Shown: one piece after another, positions 20,613 to 32,000 of the stretch
Layout: the number at the start of each line of letters is the position of its first letter
How positions within the stretch are numbered: position 1 is the stretch's first letter
DNA from: Sulfuriferula thiophila
GTDB lineage: Bacteria; Pseudomonadota; Gammaproteobacteria; Burkholderiales; Sulfuriferulaceae
Direction of reading: 5' to 3'
DNA: 32,000 nt
Assembly: GCF_003864975.1 (NCBI RefSeq)
Contig: NZ_BHGL01000028.1
Coordinates: 6,211-38,210 of the forward strand
The notes under the pieces: model-generated
Database searches by the model: none
Told to the model about the DNA's origin: nothing
The model's input: only the letters and a program-made list of their open reading frames with translations
Translations under genes and position numbers: made by a program

Positions 20613-21485
20613 ATGATTAATTTGGAACGCGTTGCAACTTTTCTTGAGGTAGCGGCATGCGGCAGCTTTCGTGGTGCGGCCAAAAATACAGGCTTATCTC
20701 AACCAGCAGTAACACAGCATGTGAAATGGCTTGAACAGTCGTTAAATGTTAATTTAATAGCACGTAACAATGCGGGAAGCACATTAACACCAGAAGGCCG
20801 AGCATTCCTGCCGTATGCCGAAAATCTAGTAAAAATAAGCAATCGTGCAAGCTCTTTATTTAAAAAAAACTCAGTTGTTATTGGAGCAAGTTCAAATACC
20901 GGAATTTATCTGTTACAGCCGTATTTGAAAGCTTATAAGGATGCATCGCCACATAATCTGAAAGTGACTATTGGGATCAATACTGTCATCGCCGATAAGC
21001 TTCAAAACTTTGAAATCGATGTCGCTATCATGGAATGGTGGGATAATAGACCAGGATTTATCGCTACAGACTGGCGCCATGAAGAAATGGTTGTGATCGT
21101 GCCCCCACACCATCCCTGGGCTAATATGAGCAGCATTCCGCGTGACTGGTTAAAGGGTCAGGATTTACTGGGAGGGGAAACTGGTAGCGGAACGGGACAC
21201 TTGCTACAACACTATTTTGGCAATGATGCGAGTACGATAAGTGTATCGATGCAGCTGGGTAGTACTGAAGCAGTAAAACATGCCGTTCAAGCCGGGCTCG
21301 GCATTTCCCTAGTTATGGCAGCAGCTGTAATCAATGAGGTTCGCAGCGGGTTATTGTATGCAATACCGATTGCAGGAGATCCACTACAAAAAACTCTTCA
21401 TATCATTCGTAGAGATAGTGGCATACTTGATTCGCCAGCCTTGCAATTCACTGATTTTCTGCTCAAACAGTCCTCATTGAAATAG
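20613..21485 (+). CDS. ptxE: LysR-family transcriptional regulator (PtxE position)
   Basis: 290 aa. N-terminal wHTH FRGAAKNTGLSQPAVTQHVKWLE and a C-terminal LysR substrate-binding fold. It starts 5 nt after ptxD, in the same position as ptxE in the P. stutzeri operon. Confidence 0.8.
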   Translation: MINLERVATFLEVAACGSFRGAAKNTGLSQPAVTQHVKWLEQSLNVNLIARNNAGSTLTPEGRAFLPYAENLVKISNRASSLFKKNSVVIGASSNTGIYLLQPYLKAYKDASPHNLKVTIGINTVIADKLQNFEIDVAIMEWWDNRPGFIATDWRHEEMVVIVPPHHPWANMSSIPRDWLKGQDLLGGETGSGTGHLLQHYFGNDASTISVSMQLGSTEAVKHAVQAGLGISLVMAAAVINEVRSGLLYAIPIAGDPLQKTLHIIRRDSGILDSPALQFTDFLLKQSSLK

Positions 21486-21624
21486 CGATAACAAGGCAGA
21501 TTTAAAGACAAGATTTGCTAGTAGCGCATCGTCCAGGTTAGCTATTCACAGAGTTTTTTGGCGACAACAGCGTACAACTGTAAACGAAATTAACGGGTAA
21601 CTCTTGGATGGGTAACAAACATAC

Positions 21625-21688
21625 GGGCTGACCTTTAGTGGTTATACCTGGCACAGGATATAGCCACTAGGCCAGCCCATTTCTTTTT
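21625..21688. terminator. Long imperfect hairpin, probably a bidirectional terminator between ptxE and prk
   Basis: GGGCTGACCTTTAGTGGTTATACCTG, loop GCA, CAGGATATAGCCACTAGGCCAGCCC (21625-21678). The stem is about 24 bp with one mismatch, one G-U pair and small bulges. It is followed by ATTTCTTTTT on the plus strand and GTATGTTTGTT on the minus strand. Confidence 0.6.
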
Positions 21689-21759
21689 AATTCAGTGTTA
21701 TCGCTTAAACAACAAGTGCTATTCAACTCTATCGCGATAGTTTTGCACTGAACTCGAAA

Positions 21760-22650
21760 TCACGCTTTCTTTTTAGCAGCAATCATCTGCTCAATCATAG
21801 GTCCCAGAATCAATTCCATTGCATAGCCCATTTTCGCACCTGGCACAACCAGCGTGTTCGAACGTGACATGAATGAATTAGGGATCATATTGATCAAGTA
21901 TGGGAAATCGACACCCTTGCGATCGCTAAAGCGCACAATGACCAAGCTCTCATCCGGCGTAGGAATATCACGCGAAATAAATGGATTTGAGGTATCCACG
22001 GTCGGCACGCGCTGGAAGTTCACGTGGGTACGTGAAAATTGCGGGGTGATGTAATTTACATAATCAGGCATGCGGCGCATGATGGTATCAACAATGACAT
22101 CGGCAGAATAACCACGCTCTGCTGCATCACGATGTATCTTCTGGATCCATTCCAGGTTCACTACCGGCACCACGCCAACACCCAGATCAACGTGCTTGGC
22201 AACATCAACTTTGCCGTCCACAACCAAACCATGCAAACCTTCATAGAACAGCAAATCGGTATCCGCTGGCACGTCTTCCCAAGGCGTAAACTCGCCTGCG
22301 CTCAGCTTGGTATTTAACCGCTTGTTATGAAACGCCGCTTCTTCATCGCTATGGATGTAATAACGCTTCTTACCCTTACCATCCTTGCCGTAGCTTTTGA
22401 ACAACGCTTCCAGCTTGTCAAAATGGTTGGCATTAGGACCAAAATGGCTGAAATGGTTATTGCCCTCAGCAGTCGCTTTGGCCATTTCCGATTTGAATTC
22501 GGTACGCGACAAGCTATGAAAGCTATCGCCTTCGATCACGGCCGCGCTGATGTTTTCACGACGGAAAATGTGCTCAAAAGCACGTTTAACGGTCGTTGTG
22601 CCTGCGCCGGAAGAACCGGTTACAGCAATCACAGGATGTTTTTTGGACAT
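21760..22650 (-). CDS. prk: Phosphoribulokinase
   Basis: 296 aa. MSKKHPVIAVTGSSGAGTTTVKRAFEHIF, VVPVVNLEWIQKIHRD and YITPQFSRTHVNFQRVPTVDTSNPF align closely, from memory, with E. coli PrkB and CbbP-type PRKs. Confidence 0.93.
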   Translation of the reverse strand: MSKKHPVIAVTGSSGAGTTTVKRAFEHIFRRENISAAVIEGDSFHSLSRTEFKSEMAKATAEGNNHFSHFGPNANHFDKLEALFKSYGKDGKGKKRYYIHSDEEAAFHNKRLNTKLSAGEFTPWEDVPADTDLLFYEGLHGLVVDGKVDVAKHVDLGVGVVPVVNLEWIQKIHRDAAERGYSADVIVDTIMRRMPDYVNYITPQFSRTHVNFQRVPTVDTSNPFISRDIPTPDESLVIVRFSDRKGVDFPYLINMIPNSFMSRSNTLVVPGAKMGYAMELILGPMIEQMIAAKKKA

Positions 22651-22762
22651 AAGGACTCCAGTTGAAATATAAAAAAATATCAGTTATTTTCACAGTATAA
22701 CTTTTAAGCCGTCCCGCTGTCCACGCGCAAGCATGTTCGCGGGGTATAATATGCCACTTTAG

Positions 22763-25390
<2,628 letters not shown>

Positions 25391-25421
25391 TGGTTTTTAA
25401 CCCATCCAACAGGTAATCAAG

Positions 25422-25919
25422 ATGAAAATCCCTATGAAATTCTGGCTTGCAGTTACGCTAATCATGAGTGTTTTTACTGCTGGATGCGGTTTTCACCTGC
25501 GCGGTCAGGTCGATATCCCCTATACCTCGCTGTATGTTGATGGCAACCCTGGCTCACCGCTGGTGACCAACCTGCAACGCATCATCCGCGCAGGCGGTCA
25601 CAATGACAGGCTGGCGAAAACCAGCGACACAGCCGAGCGCACCATACAGATCATGTCTGAAGTCAGCAGCAAAATCATCCTGTCGCTGTCCGGTGCCGGT
25701 CGCGTACGTGAATACCAGCTGCAATACCGCGTCAAATATCGCCTGCTCGCCCCCAAAGGCAAAGAGATACTGATGCCAGCCGAAATCGTATTAAGCCGCG
25801 ACATGAGCTATAACGACACGCTGGTGCTGGCAAAAGGGGATGAAGAACAATTACTCTACCGCGATATGCAGACCGATGCTGCGCAACAGATACTGCGCCG
25901 TATTGCCCTGCTGCATTAA
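25422..25919 (+). CDS. lptE: LPS-assembly lipoprotein LptE
   Basis: 165 aa. Lipobox FTAGC is followed by GFHLRG, the characteristic LptE N-terminus. The leuS-lptE-holA order is conserved. An alternative start at M5 is possible. Confidence 0.85.
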   Translation: MKIPMKFWLAVTLIMSVFTAGCGFHLRGQVDIPYTSLYVDGNPGSPLVTNLQRIIRAGGHNDRLAKTSDTAERTIQIMSEVSSKIILSLSGAGRVREYQLQYRVKYRLLAPKGKEILMPAEIVLSRDMSYNDTLVLAKGDEEQLLYRDMQTDAAQQILRRIALLH

Positions 25920-25925
25920 TAAAGC

Positions 25926-26936
25926 ATGCGTATCAAGCCGGAACAGCTCGCGTCACAGCTAGCCAAAGAGTTAAAGCCGCTCTACTGTGTATATGGCGAC
26001 GAACCGCTGCTGGTGCTGGAAGCAGCCGATCAAATTCGACGAGCGGTTCGCACGCAAGGCTACACCGAGCGTGAAATTTACCAGGTAGAGGGCCGCTTCA
26101 ACTGGCAAACCCTGCTCAATGCCGGCGATAATTTATCCTTATTCAGCGACCGCCGCCTGGTGGACATTCGCATCCCTTCCGGCAAGCCGGGCATAGACGG
26201 TGGCAAGGCGCTGCAAAGTTACTGCGCTGCGCTCCCAGCCGACACGATTACCCTGATTACCCTGCCCAAGCTCGACCGGCAGGCAACGTCAGGAAAATGG
26301 TTCACCGCACTGGATAATGCCGGCACCACCATTGCAGTTTATTCGGTAACTAACGAGCAATTACCGCGCTGGATCGGCGAACGTCTGGCACAACAGCAGC
26401 AGCAAGCCGATACTGACACCCTGCGTTTTCTTGCTCAGAAAGTAGAAGGCAACCTGCTGGCCGCCCAGCAGGAGATACGCAAACTGGGACTGCTGTTCCC
26501 CGCCGGACGCCTGGATTTTGCCAGCGTCCGTGAAGCCGTACTGGATGTGGCGCGTTATGACGTCTTCAAGCTCGCCGATGCCTTGTTGCTCAGCGACGTG
26601 CCACGGTTGATACGCATGCTGGATGGATTGCGCAACGAGGGTGAAGCACCCACGCTAATATTGTGGACAATCACGCGCGAATTACGCATTCTGACCCGCC
26701 TGAAAACAGCACAGAACAGTGGCATAGCGCCTGCCCGACTGATGCGCGAAGTCGGTGTCTGGGAAAGCCGTCAGAGCATGGTCGAAAAAGCACTGCAACG
26801 CGTCAAACTCGACACCCTGACCCACAGCCTCAGACAGGCTGCCGCTATCGATCGCATGATCAAAGGCCTTGCAAATGAAGACCCGTGGGTTGCACTCAAA
26901 CAATTGGCACTCAGTATCGCCCTGCCACAGCGTTAA
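25926..26936 (+). CDS. holA: DNA polymerase III subunit delta
   Basis: 336 aa. The N-terminus MRIKPEQLASQLAKELKPLYCVYGDEPLL matches the HolA pattern. Its position after lptE also fits. Confidence 0.9.
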   Translation: MRIKPEQLASQLAKELKPLYCVYGDEPLLVLEAADQIRRAVRTQGYTEREIYQVEGRFNWQTLLNAGDNLSLFSDRRLVDIRIPSGKPGIDGGKALQSYCAALPADTITLITLPKLDRQATSGKWFTALDNAGTTIAVYSVTNEQLPRWIGERLAQQQQQADTDTLRFLAQKVEGNLLAAQQEIRKLGLLFPAGRLDFASVREAVLDVARYDVFKLADALLLSDVPRLIRMLDGLRNEGEAPTLILWTITRELRILTRLKTAQNSGIAPARLMREVGVWESRQSMVEKALQRVKLDTLTHSLRQAAAIDRMIKGLANEDPWVALKQLALSIALPQR

Positions 26937-26974
26937 CCCCCACGGCTACCAACCAGCCAGTAATGCACAGACAA

Positions 26975-27007
26975 TAAAAAAGGCAGATCCGCAGATCTGC
27001 CTTTTTC
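26975..27007. terminator. Bidirectional rho-independent terminator between holA and rplS
   Basis: AGGCAGATC (26981-26989), loop CGCA, GATCTGCCT (26994-27002). It is flanked by an A-run upstream and a T-run downstream, so it reads as a terminator on both strands. Confidence 0.8.
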
Positions 27008-27022
27008 AGTAACAGCGAGCAA

Positions 27023-27403
27023 TTAAGCAGCGACTGTCTTAACTTTACGCGCTGGCAACTTTTCCTTGATACGTGCGGATTTACCTGAACGATCACGCAA
27101 GTAGTACAACTTGGCGCGACGTACATCACCACGACGCTTCACTTCAATGCTGTCAACCAAAGGTGAGTAAGTCTGGAATGTACGTTCCACACCTTCACCA
27201 GCTGAAATCTTACGCACGATAAATGCAGAATTCAAACCACGGTTACGCTTGGCAATCACTACGCCTTCGTAAGCCTGTAAACGCTCACGCGTACCTTCTT
27301 TAACCTTCACGCTAACGATTACGGTATCGCCAGGTGCAAAAGCAGGAATGGTTTTACCCAAACGTGCAATTTCTTCTTCTTCCAACTGTTGAATCAAATT
27401 CAT
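27023..27403 (-). CDS. rplS: 50S ribosomal protein L19
   Basis: [17 protein letters not shown]...FAPGDTV is the canonical L19 sequence. The track ORF is extended to 27454. ATG 27403 has AGGAGA upstream. Confidence 0.97.
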   Translation of the reverse strand: MNLIQQLEEEEIARLGKTIPAFAPGDTVIVSVKVKEGTRERLQAYEGVVIAKRNRGLNSAFIVRKISAGEGVERTFQTYSPLVDSIEVKRRGDVRRAKLYYLRDRSGKSARIKEKLPARKVKTVAA

Positions 27404-27503
27404 CGCGTTCTCCTGAACTAAAAATGAGGTCTTGGACCTTACCGCACGGAGCAAGCCGCCGCTTGACGTACGGGGTTTGTTGTTAACCGACTAATTCATT
27501 GAA

Positions 27504-28265
27504 TCAGTCTGGTTTATTTTCCTGCTCGCTTAAAGCCAGCAAGTCAATTTCTGCCGCGCTCATACCGCGCTTGGCTAATAAATCCGGGCGATTGCGTTGC
27601 GTCGCCAATAACGATTGCTGCAACCGCCAGCGCTGGATTTTGGCATGATTACCGCCCATCAGCACTGCCGGTACTGGTACGCCCTGATACAACTCGGGAC
27701 GGGTATAGTGCGGATAATCAAGCAAGCCATTTACAAATGAATCCTGCACTGCTGAATCCGCATCACCCAGCACACCAGGCAATTGCCGCACAACGGCATC
27801 AATCACCACCATCGCTGCCAGCTCCCCACCGGATAAAACATAATCCCCGATAGAGATGTATTCATCTATGCGCCTGTCCAGCAAACGCTGGTCGACGCCC
27901 TCATAACGCCCGGCCAGGAATACCAGACCGGGACGCGCTGCCAATTCCATTACCAAAGCATGATCCAGCGTACGCCCCTGCGGGGAGAGGTACACCACAT
28001 GCGGCTTGGCAACACCAGATTCACGTTGCCGCGCTTCTGCTGCATCCAGCGCTGCATCGAGCGGCTCAGCCAGCATGACCATGCCCGGGCCGCCACCATA
28101 AGGACGATCATCGACAGTACGGTGGTTATCCATCGTGTAATCACGTGGATTCCACAAATGCAATGTGGCACATTGACGCGTGAATGCCCGACCACTGATA
28201 CCGCACTCACTGATTGCTGCAAACATTTGCGGGAACAACGTCACCACATCAATTTGCAATGGCAT
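27504..28265 (-). CDS. trmD: tRNA (guanine37-N1)-methyltransferase
   Basis: 253 aa. [25 protein letters not shown] and [11 protein letters not shown] are present. Its start overlaps the rimM stop (TGATG). Confidence 0.97.
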   Translation of the reverse strand: MPLQIDVVTLFPQMFAAISECGISGRAFTRQCATLHLWNPRDYTMDNHRTVDDRPYGGGPGMVMLAEPLDAALDAAEARQRESGVAKPHVVYLSPQGRTLDHALVMELAARPGLVFLAGRYEGVDQRLLDRRIDEYISIGDYVLSGGELAAMVVIDAVVRQLPGVLGDADSAVQDSFVNGLLDYPHYTRPELYQGVPVPAVLMGGNHAKIQRWRLQQSLLATQRNRPDLLAKRGMSAAEIDLLALSEQENKPD

Positions 28266-28774
28266 CAGTAATCCAGTTCCCAGTCTACCTGCACAGTGCG
28301 CGCCGCCAAATCAACATGACGCACAATCTGCCCAACGAAAGGAATTAAGTGCTTGCGGTCACCGCGCACCTCAAGCACATCATGCGCACCGGCTTCCAGT
28401 ATCTGCTCGATCACACCAAATGCGTCGCCACGCAAATTCACTACATTCAGGCCGATTAAATCCGACCAGTAGTATTCACCTTCCGGTGCTGCCGGCAATG
28501 ATTCACGTTTAACCGCTATTTCACACCCTTTCAGCGCCAGTGCCTGATCGCGATCATGGATCCCGACCAATGCAGCAACCAATACCTTGGTATGCACTTT
28601 GGCTTCTTCGACAGTGTAAACTTGCCAATCATTACCGCGCTTGATATACCACTCTGCATAATCAGCAAGCGTATCTAACGACTCACTGAAAGTCTGGATC
28701 TTCATCCAGCCTTTAACGCCGTAAGGGACAGCAACCCGCCCCATCACCACTAAATTATCCAGCGACTTTTGCAC
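28265..28774 (-). CDS. rimM: 16S rRNA processing protein RimM
   Basis: 169 aa. [19 protein letters not shown] is the RimM N-terminal barrel, and a PRC barrel forms the C-terminus. The start at 28774 overlaps rpsP by 20 nt. M11 (28744) is the alternative start. Confidence 0.92.
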   Translation of the reverse strand: MQKSLDNLVVMGRVAVPYGVKGWMKIQTFSESLDTLADYAEWYIKRGNDWQVYTVEEAKVHTKVLVAALVGIHDRDQALALKGCEIAVKRESLPAAPEGEYYWSDLIGLNVVNLRGDAFGVIEQILEAGAHDVLEVRGDRKHLIPFVGQIVRHVDLAARTVQVDWELDY

Positions 28775-29009
28775 TTTCAGTTTTGACCAGTTTTGCTACA
28801 GCATCGCTTAATTGCGCGCCTTGGGAAACCCAATGATTGACGCGATCCAGACTCAGACGCAAGCCTTCGATGCCTTCTTTAGCCAGTGGATTGTAAAAAC
28901 CAACGCGCTCAATGAAGCGACCATCGCGACGGTTGCGTGAATCCGCAACTACGACGTTGTAGAATGGGCGGTTTTTTGCGCCGCCACGAGCAAGACGAAT
29001 TATAACCAT
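28755..29009 (-). CDS. rpsP: 30S ribosomal protein S16
   Basis: [34 protein letters not shown] is the canonical S16 sequence. Confidence 0.97.
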   Translation of the reverse strand: MVIIRLARGGAKNRPFYNVVVADSRNRRDGRFIERVGFYNPLAKEGIEGLRLSLDRVNHWVSQGAQLSDAVAKLVKTESAKVAG

Positions 29010-29045
29010 CGTGAGTGCCTAACCAATTGAATTAAAAAGAGCGCG

Positions 29046-29074
29046 ATTATAGGACGAAACCACTCAAATGACAA
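29046..29074 (-). promoter_or_regulatory. Sigma-70 promoter for rpsP-rimM-trmD-rplS
   Basis: On the minus strand: TTGTCA (complement of 29069-29074), a 17-nt spacer, then TATAAT (complement of 29046-29051). It lies about 37 nt upstream of the rpsP ATG. Confidence 0.65.
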
Positions 29075-29109
29075 GTTACCTTTGCTTTTACACAGCAAAA
29101 CGAACAAAA

Positions 29110-29138
29110 TTGACCATTCGCCTGTCATACACTATCCT
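29110..29138 (+). promoter_or_regulatory. Candidate sigma-70 promoter for map-glnD
   Basis: TTGACC (29110-29115), a 17-nt spacer, then TATCCT (29133-29138). It lies about 30 nt upstream of the map ATG. The -10 matches only 4/6. Confidence 0.4.
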
Positions 29139-29168
29139 TAGCCATCTAATTTTTAATATATATCCGTC

Positions 29169-29975
29169 ATGTCAGTCAGTATCAAATCCCCAGCAGATAT
29201 AGAAAAAATGCGCATAGCCGGCCGGCTCGCTTCCGAAGTGCTTGATTACATCACGCCATTTGTTAAACCCGGCGTTACCACCGGCGAGCTGGACAAGCTG
29301 TGCCATGATTACATGGTCGATGTGCAGCACACTATTCCGGCGCCGCTCAACTACGCCCCACCAGGTCACGAACCTTACCCGCGCTCGATTTGCACTTCCA
29401 TTAATCAGCAAATATGCCATGGCGTGCCTGGCGACAAACAGCTCAAGAATGGTGACATCGTCAATATCGACGTCACCGTGATTAAAGATGGCTGGCATGG
29501 AGATACCAGCCGCATGTTTTATGTCGGCGAAGTTGCACCTCACGCCAAACGCCTGTGCGAAATCACCTATCAGGCCATGTGGCACGGTATTAAAATGGTG
29601 CGCCCCGGCGTGCTGCTCGGCGATATCGGTCACGCCATACAGAAATTTTCCGAAGCTCAAGGCTACAGTGTAGTACGGGAGTTTTGTGGCCACGGCATTG
29701 GACAGAACTTCCATGAAGAGCCGCAAGTGCTGCATTATGGCCGTGCCGGCACGGGTCTGAAACTGGCCGCAGGCATGACTTTTACCATAGAACCCATGAT
29801 CAACGCTGGACGTCGCGACATTCGCCAGCTTAGCGATGGTTGGACCATAGTCACCAAGGATCGCAGTCTGTCAGCGCAGTGGGAACACACTATACTGGTC
29901 ACCGATACCGGATTTGAAGTCATGACCGTTTCTGCCGGCACCCCGCCAGTACCGGACTTCGTAGCAAGCAAATAA
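29169..29975 (+). CDS. map: Type I methionine aminopeptidase
   Basis: 268 aa. The metal-ligand blocks ICHGVP, DIVNIDVTV, HGIGQNFHE, TIEPM and QWEHT are present. Confidence 0.97.
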   Translation: MSVSIKSPADIEKMRIAGRLASEVLDYITPFVKPGVTTGELDKLCHDYMVDVQHTIPAPLNYAPPGHEPYPRSICTSINQQICHGVPGDKQLKNGDIVNIDVTVIKDGWHGDTSRMFYVGEVAPHAKRLCEITYQAMWHGIKMVRPGVLLGDIGHAIQKFSEAQGYSVVREFCGHGIGQNFHEEPQVLHYGRAGTGLKLAAGMTFTIEPMINAGRRDIRQLSDGWTIVTKDRSLSAQWEHTILVTDTGFEVMTVSAGTPPVPDFVASK

Positions 29976-32000
29976 TGGTTGCCGTCGCGTCCGCCACACG
30001 TGCCGAACAATGGCGCATGCAGCTACGCGATGGGCGCAGCACCATCAAGCAGGCTTTCCTGTCTGGCACTTCAATTCGCACCATCCTTACCCGCAATCGG
30101 CAATTAGTTGATGGCGTGCTTAGCGAAGTATGGCAATCTCTTGATCTGCCCATTAGCGCTGCACTGGTTGCAGTGGGTGGCTACGGCCGCAACGAACTGT
30201 TCCCCCACTCGGATGTGGATCTGCTGATTTTACTGGATCATCCGGCGCTCCCTGAGGAACAGGTTGCCATTGAACAAATAGTCAGCTTATTCTGGGACAT
30301 TGGCCTGGAAGTCGGCCCCAGCGTACGCACCCTGGATGAATGCCTGGAAGAATCCGAACGTGACCTCACCATACTCACCAACCTGCTGGAATCGCGTTTT
30401 CTGTGCGGCAATCAATCTCTCTACCAGCTATTCCAGCAACGCTTTACCCAGCAACTGGACACCCGCGCTTTCTTTGAAGGCAAACTGCTGGAACAGGATC
30501 AGCGCCATGCGCGCTTTAACGATAGCGCCTACCAGTTGGAACCCAATATCAAGGAAAGCCCCGGCGGACTGCGCGACCTGCATAATCTGCGCTGGCTGAC
30601 CCAGGCTGCGGGTATCGGCGCTAACTGGCACGACCTGGTACTGGCCGGTTTACTCAGCAGCAGCGAATTACGCCAGATCCAGACCCTGGAACGATTTCTA
30701 TTCGACCTCCGGGCACGCCTGCATTACCTTGCCGGACGGCGTGAAGACCGCCTGTTATTTGATTACCAGCAAAGCCTGGCCGAGCAATATCAAATTCGCG
30801 CCACCACAACGCGTCGCGCCAGCGAAATACTGATGCAGCGCTATTACCGTAGCGTCAAGATCGTCGCACAAATGCGGGATATTTTGCTTCCCAGCTTGCG
30901 CGCGCGCATCTTCGGCAATAACCAGCTACCGGTTATTGCGCTCAACCCGCGCTTTCAGATACGCGATAATTTACTCAAAGTCATCGACGACAACCTGTTC
31001 GAACGCCAGCCAGACGCCATATTCGAAAGCTTTATCCTGCTGCAGCAGCATCCTGAATTAACCGGCATGAGCGCATCCACGCTACGCGCACTATGGCGCG
31101 CACGGCACCGCATCAATGCCGAATTCCGCCGCGACCCGGTGAATCAGACCCAGTTCATGCAAATCCTGCGTGCGCCGCAAACCATCACCCGCACCCTGCG
31201 CAACATGAACCACTACGGCATACTGGGGCGTTACATCCCGGCATTTGGCCGTATCGTCGGGCAGATGCAACACGATCTGTATCACATCTACACTGTAGAT
31301 GAGCATATCCTTACTGTACTGCGCAATTTGCGCCGCCTCACCATCCCTGAGCTGGCCCATGAACACCCGCTGGCCAGCCGCCTTATCAGTGGTTTTGCGC
31401 ACCCGGAATTACTTTATCTGGCCGCATTATTTCACGACATTGCCAAAGGGCGTGGTGGTGATCACTCTACGCTGGGCATGGTCGATGCCCGCCGCTTTTG
31501 CCGGCAGCACGGACTGTCTAAATCGGATACCGAACTGGTCGTGTGGCTGGTAGGCGAACACCTGAGCTTTTCTGCAACTGCGCAAAAACAGGATTTATCC
31601 GACCCGGATGTGATCACCCGCTTTACCCAGCGCATCCCGGATGAGCGCCATCTCATTGCGCTCTATCTGCTTACTACCTGCGACATACGTGGCACCAGTC
31701 CCAGCGTGTGGAATGCCTGGAAAGCTAAATTACTGGAAGATTTATTTTACGCCAGTCGTCGCCGACTGAGTGGCGAGACCAATCTGCATAGCGGTATCGA
31801 CAAAACCAAAACAGAAGCTTCGCGTTTATTGCGGTTATACGGGCTGTCTCCACACACGGAAGATGCGCTGTGGGTCAACCTGGCTGATAGTTATTTTCTG
31901 CGCCATGAACCACAGGAAATCGCCTGGCACAGCCGTCACCTCTGGCATCGCGTCAGCTCGCCTTTGGCAGTAGTGCGTGCCCGTCTGAGCCCTATTGGTG
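29975..32000 (+). CDS. glnD: [Protein-PII] uridylyltransferase/uridylyl-removing enzyme GlnD (N-terminal ~675 codons; continues past the window end)
   Basis: Absent from the ORF track because there is no in-window stop. The ATG at 29975 overlaps the map stop (TAATG). Hand translation gives MVAVASATRAEQWRMQLRDG..., then VAVGGYGRNELFPHSDVDLLILL (nucleotidyltransferase) and later LFHDIAKGRGGDHS (HD domain). No frame-2 stop occurs to position 32000. Confidence 0.93.
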   Translation, partial: MVAVASATRAEQWRMQLRDGRSTIKQAFLSGTSIRTILTRNRQLVDGVLSEVWQSLDLPISAALVAVGGYGRNELFPHSDVDLLILLDHPALPEEQVAIEQIVSLFWDIGLEVGPSVRTLDECLEESERDLTILTNLLESRFLCGNQSLYQLFQQRFTQQLDTRAFFEGKLLEQDQRHARFNDSAYQLEPNIKESPGGLRDLHNLRWLTQAAGIGANWHDLVLAGLLSSSELRQIQTLERFLFDLRARLHYLAGRREDRLLFDYQQSLAEQYQIRATTTRRASEILMQRYYRSVKIVAQMRDILLPSLRARIFGNNQLPVIALNPRFQIRDNLLKVIDDNLFERQPDAIFESFILLQQHPELTGMSASTLRALWRARHRINAEFRRDPVNQTQFMQILRAPQTITRTLRNMNHYGILGRYIPAFGRIVGQMQHDLYHIYTVDEHILTVLRNLRRLTIPELAHEHPLASRLISGFAHPELLYLAALFHDIAKGRGGDHSTLGMVDARRFCRQHGLSKSDTELVVWLVGEHLSFSATAQKQDLSDPDVITRFTQRIPDERHLIALYLLTTCDIRGTSPSVWNAWKAKLLEDLFYASRRRLSGETNLHSGIDKTKTEASRLLRLYGLSPHTEDALWVNLADSYFLRHEPQEIAWHSRHLWHRVSSPLAVVRARLSPIG

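Noticed and set aside
21646-21665. Sigma-54 promoter-like TGGCAC at 21648, with similar TGGCAC hits near 11238 and 26896
   Set aside because: The GG-to-GC spacing is off by one or more nucleotides and the -12 element is not TTGC. The hits lie inside a hairpin or inside coding sequence.
22745-22750. Perfect TATAAT 34 nt upstream of leuS as a promoter
   Set aside because: There is no acceptable -35 hexamer or TG extension at the right spacing. The evidence is too weak to list it as a feature.
28755-28774. 20-nt rpsP/rimM overlap as a possible frameshift or unusual coupling
   Set aside because: It is most simply an ordinary overlap, or use of the downstream Met (28744). The residues LVVMGRV align with the conserved RimM N-terminus either way.
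29172-29735. 187-aa ORF antisense to map
   Set aside because: It is a shadow ORF, and map is unambiguous on the plus strand.
30300-31973. Track ORFs 30300-30599, 31093-31302, 31299-31553 and 31770-31973 (plus strand) and the minus-strand ORFs in this range
   Set aside because: All are out of frame with, or antisense to, the open glnD reading frame, which starts at 29975 and stays open to 32000.

Overview
This window is mostly the conserved housekeeping core of a moderately GC-rich proteobacterium. Gene order and the PilS/PilR-, LptE- and GlnD-type proteins look betaproteobacterial, but that is inference only. I support 33 protein-coding genes. Two are cut by the window edges and are missing from the ORF track because they have no in-window stop: ygfZ on the left and glnD on the right. 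Core blocks, left to right: ygfZ' and a poly-Ala lipoprotein; glyA-nrdR-ribD plus a CaCA exchanger; a PP0621-like small protein with pilS-like and pilR-like genes; ispB divergent from rplU-rpmA-obg-proB; a lytic transglycosylase coupled to proS; a spermidine-synthase-like methyltransferase and an SCP2-like protein; prk; leuS-lptE-holA; rpsP-rimM-trmD-rplS; map-glnD'. The one clear accessory segment is a visibly AT-richer stretch at about 16.5-21.8 kb. It carries a complete ptxABCDE-type operon: a phosphite ABC transporter, NAD-dependent phosphite dehydrogenase PtxD and a LysR regulator. A ~600-nt ORF-free leader precedes it and a long hairpin follows it. No integrase, transposase, tRNA or flanking direct repeats are recognisable. 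I found no rRNA, tRNA, CRISPR array, IS element, prophage or recognisable defence genes. I do not see convincing evidence for a wholly undescribed multi-gene system. The best leads are the ptx island and its unexplained leader, an extreme poly-alanine lipoprotein encoded by a trinucleotide-repeat tract, a 21-bp perfect inverted repeat next to the rplU promoter, and a small CxxC...CxxxH membrane protein coupled to the PilS-like kinase. All coordinates of non-ORF features were hand-counted.
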